Below, piece by piece: positions 9,687-18,321 of a DNA stretch of 57,656 bases. The position numbers and the translations under genes were made by a program. Each line of letters starts with the position of its first letter. The stretch's first letter is position 1. Location of the stretch: contig JADLIA010000021.1 in NCBI GenBank assembly GCA_020848515.1, positions 1 through 57,656 of the forward strand. The letters are read 5' to 3'. Under the pieces are notes generated by a model, which saw nothing but the letters and a program-made list of their open reading frames with translations, was not told the origin of the DNA and made no database searches. Origin of the DNA: Rubrivivax sp. Lineage in GTDB: Bacteria; Pseudomonadota; Gammaproteobacteria; Burkholderiales; Burkholderiaceae_C.

Positions 9687-11000
9687 TCAGCTTTGTTGTG
9701 CGGTCTGCAACGCCTGCAGCGCCTCGGTCAGGGTCGGCGCCAGCGCGTCGGCCACCGGTTCCAGCCATTCGGCCAGCGCGCCCAGGGCGTGCTCGCCCTC
9801 GCTCTGCAGGCGCTTGACGGCCTGGCCGGCCTCGCGCGGCGATTCGAAGCCCCGGCTTTGCAGCAGCACCTGGCCACCGGCGCCGGTGAGCTTGAAGTAA
9901 AAGCGCCCGTCCTGCTCGCGGTACTGCTTGAAGCTGGGCAGGCCCGTCCTGGCCGAGTCGCGCCCGCGCGGCGCCGCCACCTGGGTGTCGAGCGCACGCA
10001 GCCCCACGGCCTGGCGCAGCTCGCGCATCAACGGCGTGGCCAGCGCGCGCGCCTTGTCGGCGCCGCGCCGCAGCAGGGCCTCGACCTCGGCCGGATGGGA
10101 CATCAGGTGCTGGTAGCGCTCGCGCATCGGCCCGATCTCGGCGTCGATGCGCTCGAACAGGCGCTGTTTGGCCTCGCCCCAGGCGATGCCGTCGGCAAAG
10201 GCGCGTGCAAACTGCGCCGCCTCGGCGTCATCGGCAAAGGCGCGGTAGATCTGGTAGAGCGCCGAGCCCTCGGTGTCCTTGGGTTCGCCCGGCGCGCGCG
10301 AATCGGTGACGATGCTCATGATCTGCCGGCGCAGCTGCTCGCGCGGGCCGAACAGGGCGATGGTGTTGTCGTAGCTCTTGCTCATCTTGCGCCCGTCCAG
10401 GCCGGGCAGCAGGGCCACGTTGTCGTCGATCAGCGCTTCGGGCAGCGTCAGGAGTTCGCCATACAGGTGGTTGAAGCTGGATGCGATGTCGCGTGCCATC
10501 TCGATGTGCTGGATCTGGTCGCGCCCGACCGGCACCTGGTGCGCCTTGAACATCAGGATGTCGGCCGCCATCAGCACCGGGTACATGAACAGGCCTGCGG
10601 TGACGTCGCTGTCCGGATCGGCCCCGGTGGCGGCGTTCTTGTCGAGCATGGCCTTGTAGGCGTGGGCGCGGTTGAGCAGACCCTTGCCGGTGACGCAGGT
10701 CAGCAGCCAGGTGAGCTCGGGGATCTCCGGGATGTCGGACTGGCGGTAGAAGGTGACCTGCTCGGGATCCAGCCCGGCGGCCAGCCAGCTGGCGGCGATT
10801 TCCAGCGTGCTGCGCTGGATGCGCGCCGGTTCGTCGCACTTGATCAGCGCGTGGTAGTCGGCCAGGAAGTAAAAGCTCTGCACCCCCGGCTCGCGGCTGG
10901 CGCGCACGGCGGCACGGATCGAGCCGACGTAGTTGCCCAGGTGCGGGGTGCCGGTGGTGGTGATGCCGGTGAGGACCCGGCGCGAAACAGAAGAAGCCAT
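9687..11000 (-). CDS. trpS: Tryptophan--tRNA ligase with C-terminal extension
   Basis: HLGNY (HIGH), YPVLMAADIL, VPVGRDQ, KMSKS. Confidence 0.97.
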   Translation of the reverse strand: MASSVSRRVLTGITTTGTPHLGNYVGSIRAAVRASREPGVQSFYFLADYHALIKCDEPARIQRSTLEIAASWLAAGLDPEQVTFYRQSDIPEIPELTWLLTCVTGKGLLNRAHAYKAMLDKNAATGADPDSDVTAGLFMYPVLMAADILMFKAHQVPVGRDQIQHIEMARDIASSFNHLYGELLTLPEALIDDNVALLPGLDGRKMSKSYDNTIALFGPREQLRRQIMSIVTDSRAPGEPKDTEGSALYQIYRAFADDAEAAQFARAFADGIAWGEAKQRLFERIDAEIGPMRERYQHLMSHPAEVEALLRRGADKARALATPLMRELRQAVGLRALDTQVAAPRGRDSARTGLPSFKQYREQDGRFYFKLTGAGGQVLLQSRGFESPREAGQAVKRLQSEGEHALGALAEWLEPVADALAPTLTEALQALQTAQQS

Positions 11001-11004
11001 GCGA

Positions 11005-11673
11005 TCAGCCGAACAGCGCCTGCAGCGGCGCAAGAATGAAATCGAGCAGATGAAAGCTCAGTGCCATCAGTGGCCGCATCCACAGGTTGCTGATGACGCC
11101 CGCCACCACCAGCGCCATGACGATGAAAAAGCCCCAGGGCTCGATGCGGCTGAGGGCCAGGGCCGGCCCGCGCGGCAGCAGCCCCACCAGGATGCGCCCG
11201 CCATCGAGCGGCGGCAGCGGAAACAGGTTGAACACGCCGATCACCACGTTGACCAGCACGCCGGCCTGGCACATCTTGAGAAAAAACGGCTCGGTCACCC
11301 CCACGCCGTCGAGCACGATCAGCAGCGCCCCCCAGGCCAGCGCCATCGCCAGGTTGGACGCCGGCCCCGCCAGCGCCACCCACACCATGTCGCGCTTGGG
11401 GTGGCGCAGCTGGCCGAAGTTGACCGGCACCGGCTTGGCGTAGCCGAACACGAAGGCACCACCGGTGGCGATGTACAGAAACAGCGGCATGGCGATGGTG
11501 CCGATGGGGTCGATGTGCCGCGCCGGATTGAGCGTGACGCGGCCCAGGAAGGCCGCCGTGCCGTCGCCGAAATGGCGCGCCGCGTAACCGTGCGCCGCCT
11601 CGTGCACGGTGATGGCAAACAGCACCGGCAGGGCATAGAGGGCGAGGGTCTGAATGATGTTGGCGAAGTCCAC
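11005..11673 (-). CDS. Site-2 protease family (M50) membrane peptidase
   Basis: HEAAH zinc motif, AGPASN, NLFPLPPLDGG. Confidence 0.94.
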   Translation of the reverse strand: MDFANIIQTLALYALPVLFAITVHEAAHGYAARHFGDGTAAFLGRVTLNPARHIDPIGTIAMPLFLYIATGGAFVFGYAKPVPVNFGQLRHPKRDMVWVALAGPASNLAMALAWGALLIVLDGVGVTEPFFLKMCQAGVLVNVVIGVFNLFPLPPLDGGRILVGLLPRGPALALSRIEPWGFFIVMALVVAGVISNLWMRPLMALSFHLLDFILAPLQALFG

Positions 11674-11709
11674 GGCGTGGATTGTCTCAGACCGTGACCA
11701 GGCGCCGAA

Positions 11710-12333
11710 TCACAGCCCCAGCCGCGCCGGATCGCCCCTCCCGCGGCGCAGCACCTCGGGCGCGTCGCCACTCAGGTCGACCACGGTGGTGGGCGCCAGC
11801 GGGCAGGCGCCGGCGTCGATCACGCCGGCGATCTGATGGCCCAGCTGCTCCAGGATCGCCCCGGCGTCGTTCAGCGGCTCGCCCTCCCCCGGCAGGATCA
11901 GCGTGGTGGCCAGCAGCGGCGCACCATGCAGCGCCAGCAGCTCACGCAGTGCGGGGTGATCGGGCACGCGCAGGCCGATGGTCTTGCGCTGCGGATGGCT
12001 GACGCGACGCGGCACTTCCTTGCTGGCTTCCAGGATGAAGGTGAACGGCCCCGGCGTGCCACTCTTCAGGCGGCGAAACTGCGTGTTGTCGACGCGGGCG
12101 TAGCTGGCCAGCTCGCTCAGGTCGCGGCACAGCAGGGTCAGGTGGTGGCGCTCGTCGACCTGGCGGATGCGGCGCAGCCGATCGACCGCCGCCTTGTCGT
12201 CGAGGTGGCACACCAGGGCGTAGCTGGAATCGGTGGGCACGGCCAGCACGCCGCCGCCGTGCAGCAACGCCGCCGCCTGCTTGAGCAGGCGCGGCTGCGG
12301 GTTGTCGGGGTGCACGGTGAAGAGCTGGGCCAT
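11710..12333 (-). CDS. yciO: Sua5/YciO/YrdC family protein
   Basis: HPDNPQPRL start, PTDSSYAL, PGPFTFIL, TIGLRVP. Confidence 0.9.
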   Translation of the reverse strand: MAQLFTVHPDNPQPRLLKQAAALLHGGGVLAVPTDSSYALVCHLDDKAAVDRLRRIRQVDERHHLTLLCRDLSELASYARVDNTQFRRLKSGTPGPFTFILEASKEVPRRVSHPQRKTIGLRVPDHPALRELLALHGAPLLATTLILPGEGEPLNDAGAILEQLGHQIAGVIDAGACPLAPTTVVDLSGDAPEVLRRGRGDPARLGL

Positions 12334-12343
12334 GCCCCAGTTT

Positions 12344-12384
12344 ACTATGATTTCAGTAGCTGCCGGCGCTTATCCCCACAAGCC
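12344..12384 (-). repeat. Dispersed 41-bp motif copy 5 (intergenic, first arm degenerate)
   Basis: Minus strand: atcgaatggccggtgtggcttgtggggataa GCGC cggca GCTA ctgaaatca TAGT. Confidence 0.85.
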
Positions 12385-12454
12385 ACACCGGCCATTCGAT
12401 GCAGATCGCTTGGCCCGAGACCGACCATTGCGCGCTCCATGGCCGAGTTCAGGC

Positions 12455-13381
12455 TCAGTGCAGCCTCGGCGAAACGGCATGCGGGACCGACGGGACGGTG
12501 GGACGCATCTGCTGCTCGAGAAAATCCAGCAGCGCCCGCAACGCCGCACTGGGGTGGCGGCGCTGGGCGTAGGCGGCGTACAGCCACAGGTTGCGCGGTG
12601 AATACGCTGCAAACAGCGGCTCCAGCCTGCCATCGTCGATCCATTCGCCCAGCAGCATGCGAGAGCCACGCAGCACACCCACGCCCTGCAGCGCCAGCGG
12701 CACCAGCGGTGAGGAGTCGCTGGCGCAGAACACCGGGTGCAGCGGCAGGTCGAACAGCTTGCCGCCGATGCTGAACTGCCAGTGCGGCGTCTCGCCCGTC
12801 GGTGCCATGGCCAGCGTGCGATGGGTGGCCAGTTCGCGCGGGTGTTCGGGACGCCCGTGCGCGCGCCAGTAGGCGGGCGTGGCCGCCACCACCATCTCCA
12901 GGGGCAGCAGGCGGCGCACGATCAGGCTGTTGTCGGCCACCGCCCCGACGCGGAAGGCGACGTCGACACCATCTTCAACCAGATCGACCATGCGATTGGT
13001 CAGGTTCAGGTTGATCGACACATCCGGATGCTGCAGCATGAAATCCGCCAGACGGCGCACCAGAATCGTGCGCGTCAGCCCATGCGGCGCCGTCAGGTTG
13101 AGCCGTCCGCTGGGCCGCTGCGCACGCTCGTTCATGGCGTCGTGCGTCTGATCGATCAGGTCGATCACCTGCGCGCAATGATCCAGCAGCAACTGGCCGG
13201 CGTCGGTCAGCGTCACCCGGCGCGTGCTGCGATGGAACAGGCGCAGGTGAAAGCGCGCCTCCAGTTCGGCCACGTACTTGCTGACCGTGGCCGGCGCCAG
13301 ATCAAGGGTGCGCGCGGCAGTCGAGAAGTTGTGGCGCAGGGCCACCTCTCGAAACGTGCGCAGGAGCACCAGCGTATCCAT
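12455..13381 (-). CDS. LysR-family regulator (CrgA/DmlR-like)
   Basis: N-terminal HTH (FSTAARTL...VSKYVAELE...LFHRSTRRV), DLVEDGVDVAFR. Confidence 0.95.
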   Translation of the reverse strand: MDTLVLLRTFREVALRHNFSTAARTLDLAPATVSKYVAELEARFHLRLFHRSTRRVTLTDAGQLLLDHCAQVIDLIDQTHDAMNERAQRPSGRLNLTAPHGLTRTILVRRLADFMLQHPDVSINLNLTNRMVDLVEDGVDVAFRVGAVADNSLIVRRLLPLEMVVAATPAYWRAHGRPEHPRELATHRTLAMAPTGETPHWQFSIGGKLFDLPLHPVFCASDSSPLVPLALQGVGVLRGSRMLLGEWIDDGRLEPLFAAYSPRNLWLYAAYAQRRHPSAALRALLDFLEQQMRPTVPSVPHAVSPRLH

Positions 13382-13561
13382 TGTTCACGGCCTGGAATGG
13401 TCGACATTCCATGCGACGACTTTATTCAGCGCCTTGCAAGTCGCACAGTACGTCGCATGGAAGAGGCCATTGGAGCGGGGCCTCTTTCACGGAACAAGGT
13501 GGTACTTACGCATTGCCTCTTCTGTTGCCATCGCTTCATGAGCCTTTCAAGGAGTTTCATC

Positions 13562-13867
13562 ATGTCCGCACGTTTCTTTCCCTTGGCTTCGACCCTGGCG
13601 TGGACGCTGATCGCCGGCGCCGCATCGGCCGCCATGCCCGCCAGCGGCGAAGGTCCGTTCTTCAACGACCCGATCCGAGGCCCCTCCGACCTGACGCGCG
13701 CTGAGGTGATGGCGATGGCGATCCAATCGCCACCGGCCAGCGGTGAGGGCAACGGGAGTCAGACCACGGCGCCCACGCCGCAGCCGGTGGACCGCGAAAC
13801 GGTGGTGGCCGAACTGCGCGACGCCATGGCGCAGGGTTTCCGCCCGGCCACCGGCGACATCGGTTGA
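13562..13867 (+). CDS. Small secreted protein with internal repeats (DUF4148-like)
   Basis: AAGGAG RBS, signal peptide ending ASA, repeats LTRAEVMA / VDRETVVAE and three PA[ST]G[ED]; terminator follows. Confidence 0.75.
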   Translation: MSARFFPLASTLAWTLIAGAASAAMPASGEGPFFNDPIRGPSDLTRAEVMAMAIQSPPASGEGNGSQTTAPTPQPVDRETVVAELRDAMAQGFRPATGDIG

Positions 13868-13885
13868 GCCAACGGCGCCCCGAAG

Positions 13886-13910
13886 ACCCGCGCGTTGCGC
13901 GGGTTTTTTC
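13886..13910 (+). terminator. Rho-independent terminator
   Basis: ACCCGCGC-GTT-GCGCGGGT followed by a T run. Confidence 0.85.
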
Positions 13911-13987
13911 TTGCGCGACACACGCGGCCATGCCCCGGCGCCTGTGCAGCGGCGGCCCCAGTCAGCGCGGCCGACGCATCCGGCCGC

Positions 13988-16510
13988 TCACTCCGCGACC
14001 CGCCGCAGCGTCTGCACCACGGGCCGCTGCAGCACTTCGCGCAAGCCCCACCAGCCGGCCGCCAGTGCCAGCCCGGCGCCAGCCACGCCGCCCAGCAGCG
14101 GCACCCAGGGCGAGGCGGTCCAGTGGAAGTCGAAGGCATGGCGCGCCATGGCCCAGCCGATGCCCATCGCCACCGCGCTGGCCAGCACCCCCGCCAGCAA
14201 GCCGACGCCAACCAGTTCGGCCTGCTGCACACGCGCCAGCAGCGCACTGCCGGCGCCGACGGCGCGCATGACGGCGAATTCGCGCGCGCGCTCCTCACGC
14301 GTGGCGCTGACGGCGGCAAACAGCACGATCAGCCCAGCCGCCAGCGTGAAGCCGAACAGGAACTCGACCGCCCGCACCACCTGGTCCAGCACGCGCTGCA
14401 CCTGGGCGATGGACTGCTCCATGTCGACGTGTGTGATGTTGGGAAACTGGCGCACCAGCGCGTGGTCGAAGCCCGGCTGTCCGGGCGCGCGGTAGGCAGC
14501 GATCCAGGTGACCGGCACGTCGGGCATGTCGGCCCGCGGGAACATGGCAAAGAAATTGACGTGCATGGAGGCCCAGTCGACCTTGCGCAGCGAGGTGATG
14601 CGCGCCTCGAGCGGCATGCCCGCGACGTCGAAGCGCAGCCGGTCGCCCAGCCGCAGGCGCAGCGTCTCGGCCAGGCCCTGCTCGACGCTGATGGCGCCAG
14701 CCTCGTCGGTGGTCCAGTGGCCGGCGGCGATGTCGTTGTGCGCCGGTCGTTCGGCCGCGTGCGAGAGGTTGAACTCGCGATCGACCAGATGGCGCGCGCG
14801 CTCCTCGGGGTAGTCGGCCGGATTCACCGGCTGGCCATTGATGGCCACCAGCCGGCCGCGGAACATCGGGTACCAGTCCATGCGCGTGACGCCGGCCTGC
14901 CGCAACACGGCGCGAAACGCCTCGCCCTGCTCCGGCATGATGTTGATGACGAAGCGGTTGGGCGCATCGGCCGGGGTGGCGGCACGCCAGCTGGCGATCA
15001 GATCGGTGCGCAGCAGCACCAGCAGCACCAGCGCCAGCAGGCCCACCGCCAGGCTGCTGACCTGCACCACCGCGTAGGCCGGCCGCGCCGACAGCTGGCG
15101 CGTGGCCAGCACCAGCCAGCGCGGCGCACGCTGCTCGTGGACCCACCGCCGCAGCAGCCGCACCGCGACCCAGGACAGCAGGGCGAACAGGGCCACCGCC
15201 ACGGCGAAGCCGCCGACCGCGATCAGACCCAGCGTCAGATCGGCGCTGACCGCCAGCAGCAGCGCGGCAAAGCCGGCCACGCCCAGGCCCAGCACCGCCA
15301 GCGACGCCGGCCGCAGGGCACCGACGTCGCGCCGCAGCACGCGCAGCGGCGGTACCTGCGCCAGTTGCAGCACCGGCGGCAAGCCAAAGGCCACCAGCAG
15401 CGTCATGCCGATGCCCAGGCCCAGCAGCGCCGGCCACGGGCCGGGCGCCGGCAGCGCGCTGTCCACCAGGCCGGCCAGCAGGGCCACGAAGATGTGGTGC
15501 ACGAGCCAGCCGATCAGCACCCCGGCCAGACTGGCGCTCAGACCCACCAGGCCGAATTCGGTCACGTAGGCGCCGGCGATGCGCCGCTGTGGCAGGCCCA
15601 GCACGCGCAGCATGGCGCAATCGTCCAGGTGGCGCGCCGCGAACGCGCGCGCCGCCAGCGCCACCGCCACCGCCGACAGCAGCGCCGCCAGCAGCGCCAC
15701 CAGGTTGAGGAACTTGGCGGCCCGATCCAGCGTGGTGCGCATCTCGGGCCGACCGGTGTCCAGCGTCTCCAGCCGCAGGCCGGCCATGCCGGGGCGCGCC
15801 AGCTCGGTCTCGGCCCAGGCGCGGTAGCGCTGCACCGCCGGCTCGGGCCCGGCCAGCGCCAGGCGCCAGGTGATGCGGCTGGCCGGCTGCACCAGGCCGG
15901 TGGCGGGCAGGTCGGCGGCGTTCATCAGCACGCGCGGGGCGAAGCTCATGAAGCCGGTGCCGCGGTCGGGCTCCAGCGCGATCAGTTCGGTGATGCGCAG
16001 CGCGCTGTCGCCCAGCAGCAGGGTGTCGCCGCGCCGCAGCGCCAGCGCTTCCAGCAGCGACGGATCGACCCACACCTGACCGGACGCCGGCACGGCGTCG
16101 GTCGGCGTGCCGGCGCGGTCCTGCGCGTGCTGCGCCAGGCGCAACCGGCCGCGCAGCGGGTAGCCGCGCTCGACCGCCTTCAGGGCCACCAGCCGGGTGG
16201 CGCCGCCCTGCGCCTCGGGCGCCCGGCCCATGGTGGGAAACCCCAGCGTGAGTACGCTGTCCAGCCCCTCGGCGGCGGCGCGCTGCGTCCAGCCGGGCGC
16301 CGGCGCGTGATCGCTCACCAGCACCACATCGCCGCCCAGCAACTGGCGCGCGTCGCGCTGCAGGCCGCCCTGCAACCGGTCGGCAAAAAAGCCCACACTG
16401 CTGAGCGCCGCCACCGCCAGCGTGACCGCCACCATCAGCAGGCGCAGCTCGCCGGCGCGCAAATCGCGCCACAGCGTGCGCCAGCCCAGAGTCCAGGACG
16501 ACAGGTTCAT
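13988..16510 (-). CDS. ABC transporter permease (YbbP/FtsX-like)
   Basis: Two FtsX-type repeats, [28 protein letters not shown]. Confidence 0.9.
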   Translation of the reverse strand: MNLSSWTLGWRTLWRDLRAGELRLLMVAVTLAVAALSSVGFFADRLQGGLQRDARQLLGGDVVLVSDHAPAPGWTQRAAAEGLDSVLTLGFPTMGRAPEAQGGATRLVALKAVERGYPLRGRLRLAQHAQDRAGTPTDAVPASGQVWVDPSLLEALALRRGDTLLLGDSALRITELIALEPDRGTGFMSFAPRVLMNAADLPATGLVQPASRITWRLALAGPEPAVQRYRAWAETELARPGMAGLRLETLDTGRPEMRTTLDRAAKFLNLVALLAALLSAVAVALAARAFAARHLDDCAMLRVLGLPQRRIAGAYVTEFGLVGLSASLAGVLIGWLVHHIFVALLAGLVDSALPAPGPWPALLGLGIGMTLLVAFGLPPVLQLAQVPPLRVLRRDVGALRPASLAVLGLGVAGFAALLLAVSADLTLGLIAVGGFAVAVALFALLSWVAVRLLRRWVHEQRAPRWLVLATRQLSARPAYAVVQVSSLAVGLLALVLLVLLRTDLIASWRAATPADAPNRFVINIMPEQGEAFRAVLRQAGVTRMDWYPMFRGRLVAINGQPVNPADYPEERARHLVDREFNLSHAAERPAHNDIAAGHWTTDEAGAISVEQGLAETLRLRLGDRLRFDVAGMPLEARITSLRKVDWASMHVNFFAMFPRADMPDVPVTWIAAYRAPGQPGFDHALVRQFPNITHVDMEQSIAQVQRVLDQVVRAVEFLFGFTLAAGLIVLFAAVSATREERAREFAVMRAVGAGSALLARVQQAELVGVGLLAGVLASAVAMGIGWAMARHAFDFHWTASPWVPLLGGVAGAGLALAAGWWGLREVLQRPVVQTLRRVAE

Positions 16511-16587
16511 GCCCCGCACTGTACGCAAAGCGACAGCCGCCCGCGCGCGGCGGGCCTACCATGGACGCCCGCCCTCAGGAGAGCCCC

Positions 16588-17484
16588 ATGCCCATCTTCA
16601 GCACCCTGCGCATCGACAAAGACCCGGCCCAGCCGCGCATCGCGCGCCTGCTGCTCAACCGCCCGGAGCGCCTGAACGCCATCAACGACGACATGCCGGG
16701 CGAGATCCGTGCCGCGGTCGACTGGGCGGTGGCCGACGACGAGGTGCATGTGATCGTGGTCGAAGGCGCGGGCAAGGGCTTCTGCGGTGGCTACGACCTG
16801 GCGGCCACCGCCGAGCAACACATCGAACACCCCTGCCAGCAGGAATCGGCCCCCTGGGACCCGGCGCTCGACTACCGCGCCATGAAGCGCTTCACCGAAG
16901 ATTTCATGAGCCTGTGGCGCTGCCCCAAGCCCACCATCGCGAAGGTGCATGGCGCGGCGGTGGCTGGCGGCAGCGACATCGCCCTGTGCTGCGACCTGCT
17001 GGTGATGGCCGAAGATGCACGCATCGGCTACATGCCCACGCGCGTGTGGGGCTGCCCCACCACCGCCATGTGGACCTACCGCCTGGGCCCGACGCGCGCC
17101 AAGCAACTGATGTTCACCGGCGACGTGATCGACGGCCGCACCGCGGCCGACTGGGGCCTGGCCAACCAGGCGGTGCCGGCCGCCGAGCTGGAAGCCGCCA
17201 CCCTGCGCCTGGCCGCACGCATCGCCGGCGTGCCGCGCGGTCACCTGCAGATGCACAAGCTGGTGGTCAACCAGGTCATGCTGACCATGGGGCTGGAGCA
17301 GACGCAGATGCTGGCCACGGTGTTCGACGGCATCACGCGCCACAACCCCGAGGGCGTGTGGTTCCGCCGCCATGCGCAGCAGCACGGCTTCAAGTCCGCC
17401 GTCGAGTGGCGCGACAGCGGTCGCCCGATCCCCGAAGGCGCCGAGGCGCAGGCGCTGATCCGCGCGATGCAGGGCCAGGGCTGA
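16588..17484 (+). CDS. Crotonase/enoyl-CoA hydratase family protein
   Basis: [31 protein letters not shown]. Confidence 0.92.
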   Translation: MPIFSTLRIDKDPAQPRIARLLLNRPERLNAINDDMPGEIRAAVDWAVADDEVHVIVVEGAGKGFCGGYDLAATAEQHIEHPCQQESAPWDPALDYRAMKRFTEDFMSLWRCPKPTIAKVHGAAVAGGSDIALCCDLLVMAEDARIGYMPTRVWGCPTTAMWTYRLGPTRAKQLMFTGDVIDGRTAADWGLANQAVPAAELEAATLRLAARIAGVPRGHLQMHKLVVNQVMLTMGLEQTQMLATVFDGITRHNPEGVWFRRHAQQHGFKSAVEWRDSGRPIPEGAEAQALIRAMQGQG

Positions 17485-17490
17485 CGTCGC

Positions 17491-18321
17491 TCAGGCGCCG
17501 TGCGGCGGCACCGGCAGGCCCAGGCGCTCGGGCGCGCTGTAGCACAGGAAGCGCCGGTTCAGCGCCCGCCCGACGGCGCACAGGCCAAGCCGGCGCGCCA
17601 GTTGCAGACCCATCTGCGTGATGCCGCTGCGCGAGACCACGATCGGCACGCCCATCTGGGCCGCCTTGATCACCATCTCGCTGGTCAGGCGGCCGGTGGT
17701 GTAGAACACTTTGTCGTCGCCGCGCAGACCGCCGCCGTCCCCTTGCAGCCACATCCAGCCGGCGATGGTGTCGATGGCGTTGTGGCGGCCCACGTCCTCG
17801 ACGAACAGCAGCATGCGCTGCCCCTCGAACAGCGCGCAGCCGTGCACCGAACCGGCCGATTTGTAGGTGCTCTCCTGCAGCCGGATGGCGTTCAGCAGGC
17901 CGTACAGATCGTCCAGCGCCAGCCGGCCGGCGCCGAGGTCCAGCGCCTCCAGATCGGCCATCAGGTCACCGAACACGCTGCCCTGACCGCAGCCGCTGGT
18001 GACGGTGCGCCGGCGCGTGCGCATCTCCAGGTCGGCGATGCCGTGCCGCGTGCGCACCGCCGCCGCGCCAGCGTCCCAGTCCACCGTAATCGAAGCCAGC
18101 TCGGCCGGCCCCGCCAGCAGCCGCTGATTGCGCAGATAGCCCAGCACCAGCCATTCGGGGTGGGCGCCCAGGGTCATCAGCGTGACCAGCTCGCGCTTGT
18201 CGACGTACAGCGTCAGCGCCCGCTCGGCCGGGATCGACACCTCGACCGCCTGACCCAGCTCGTCGACCGCCAGCACGCGTTCGGTGAGCGGCGCGCTGGC
18301 GCGCGTGAGGTGCACCGTCAC
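17491..18321 (-). CDS. fdhD: Formate dehydrogenase accessory sulfurtransferase
   Basis: SGCG, GSVHG, EDVGRHNAID, TTGRLTSEMV. Confidence 0.95.
   Translation of the reverse strand: MTVHLTRASAPLTERVLAVDELGQAVEVSIPAERALTLYVDKRELVTLMTLGAHPEWLVLGYLRNQRLLAGPAELASITVDWDAGAAAVRTRHGIADLEMRTRRRTVTSGCGQGSVFGDLMADLEALDLGAGRLALDDLYGLLNAIRLQESTYKSAGSVHGCALFEGQRMLLFVEDVGRHNAIDTIAGWMWLQGDGGGLRGDDKVFYTTGRLTSEMVIKAAQMGVPIVVSRSGITQMGLQLARRLGLCAVGRALNRRFLCYSAPERLGLPVPPHGA

Noticed and set aside
12340-13910. LysR/small-protein block as a mobile element
   Set aside because: Codon usage looks slightly atypical, but there is no integrase, transposase, tRNA target or flanking direct repeat.
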